This document shows, in pieces, positions 51,369 through 52,072 of a stretch of DNA of 52,072 nucleotides. Source of the stretch: a virus; the IMG/VR virus record IMGVR_UViG_3300013947_000055, positions 1 through 52,072 of that record; one strand, written 5' to 3'. The notes under the pieces are model-generated. The model was not told the origin of the DNA. It did not search any database and saw nothing but the letters and a program-made list of their open reading frames with translations. Every line of letters begins with the position of its first letter. The first letter of the stretch is position 1. The translations under genes and the position numbers were made by a program.

Positions 51369-52028
51369 ATGACTGGCATGAACAAGATCGCTGACAAGAT
51401 CCAGAAGCTCCTCAATCTGGCTGGCAATAATCCCAACGAGGAAGAGGCTCAGGCTGCTTTGCTCAAGGCTCAGGCTCTGATGGCTCAGTACAATGTGGAC
51501 ATGGAGTCCCTTGGTCAGGAAGAGAAGATCAAGTACTCTCTGGAGATCACCAAGGTAAAGGCAAACCCCCGCGACAATCAGCTCCAGGTCATTATAGCTA
51601 ACGCATTCGCTTGCAAGGCCATTATCTCGGCGAACCGCAAGATCATGTTCTTCGGTCGTGAGGACAACTCCAAGGCTGCTAAGGAGTGTATGGAGTTCAT
51701 TCACCGGACAATGGAGCGCGGTATCAACCGTGCATGCAAGGCTCAGGGTCTGGCGTCCAGCGCCGTTGCGGGTGCATCCGAGATCTACAATGGCTACGCC
51801 AAGGGCTTCATTGAGGGTCTGAAGGAATCCATTGACGCCCAGACTGTAGCGCTCGCCATTGTGGTTCCTGAGGATGTCAAGACTGAGTTCTCCAAGAAGT
51901 TCCCCAACCTTGGCAAGTACCACAGCAAGGGCAGCAGTTGGAATCCTAAGTTCCAGGATGCCTACAGACAAGGCAAGACCGATGGTCGCTCGGCCATGGG
52001 CAAGCGCAGCCTGAAGGAAAAGAACTGA
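51369..52028 (+). CDS. DUF2786-like protein
   Basis: RBS aaggagg before ATG 51369; IADKIQKLLNLAGNNPNEEEAQAALLKAQALMAQYNV is the typical DUF2786 N-terminus. Confidence 0.65.
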   Translation: MTGMNKIADKIQKLLNLAGNNPNEEEAQAALLKAQALMAQYNVDMESLGQEEKIKYSLEITKVKANPRDNQLQVIIANAFACKAIISANRKIMFFGREDNSKAAKECMEFIHRTMERGINRACKAQGLASSAVAGASEIYNGYAKGFIEGLKESIDAQTVALAIVVPEDVKTEFSKKFPNLGKYHSKGSSWNPKFQDAYRQGKTDGRSAMGKRSLKEKN

Positions 52029-52072
52029 AAAATCACGAAAAGGTGCGATAGGGGTAGCTCCCAACAAGGAGC
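51996..52072. repeat. Terminal direct repeat, copy 2 (identical to 1..77)
   Basis: See 1..77. Confidence 0.95.

Overview
The window is a complete, circularly closed dsDNA phage genome. Bases 1..77 are identical to 51996..52072, so the unique length is about 51,995 bp. Gene order indicates a siphovirus-type virion: no tail sheath, a lambda gpE-like capsid with a decoration protein, and a 752-aa tape measure.

Layout:
- Plus-strand early/replication arm (47.4 kb through the contig junction to 18.3 kb): small early proteins, nrdG, RemA-like and Spo0A-C-like regulators, nucleotide and DNA-modification genes, a primase-helicase, a family A DNA polymerase, a Cas4-like/Sak4-like/DUF669 recombination module, a ThyA-family enzyme, VRR-NUC and an SNF2 helicase.
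- Minus-strand late arm (46.5 kb down to 18.8 kb): terS, Bro-N, terL, portal, MuF-ADP-ribosyltransferase fusion, ADP-ribosylglycohydrolase, scaffold, decoration, capsid, connectors, tail, tape measure, a mosaic fibre module, lysis genes, a sigma region-4-like regulator, and a terminal cargo cluster.
- The arms diverge at a 0.95-kb repeat-dense, ORF-poor region (46.5-47.4 kb) and converge at 18.3-18.8 kb. A consensus promoter and terminator there bracket an ORF-free candidate ncRNA of about 250 nt.

Most notable observations:
1. A predicted DNA base-modification toolkit: an aGPT-Pplase-like gene coupled to a GT-A glycosyltransferase-like gene, a ThyA-family enzyme carrying the cytosine-specifying Asp, a dCMP deaminase, two all-alpha NTP pyrophosphatases, and HD and HAD hydrolases. 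This combination does not match described pathways.
2. The DNA polymerase gene is interrupted twice, by an HNH-containing intein and by an HNH-containing group I intron placed inside motif B.
3. A capsid-targeted MuF-ART toxin lies next to a DraG-like ADP-ribosylglycohydrolase.
4. The phage carries stand-alone copies of regulators from endospore-forming hosts: the Spo0A effector domain, RemA, and a SleB-like hydrolase.

No integrase, CI-type repressor, tRNA, CRISPR array or reverse transcriptase was recognised. All function calls rest on motif recognition by eye, with no database searches run.
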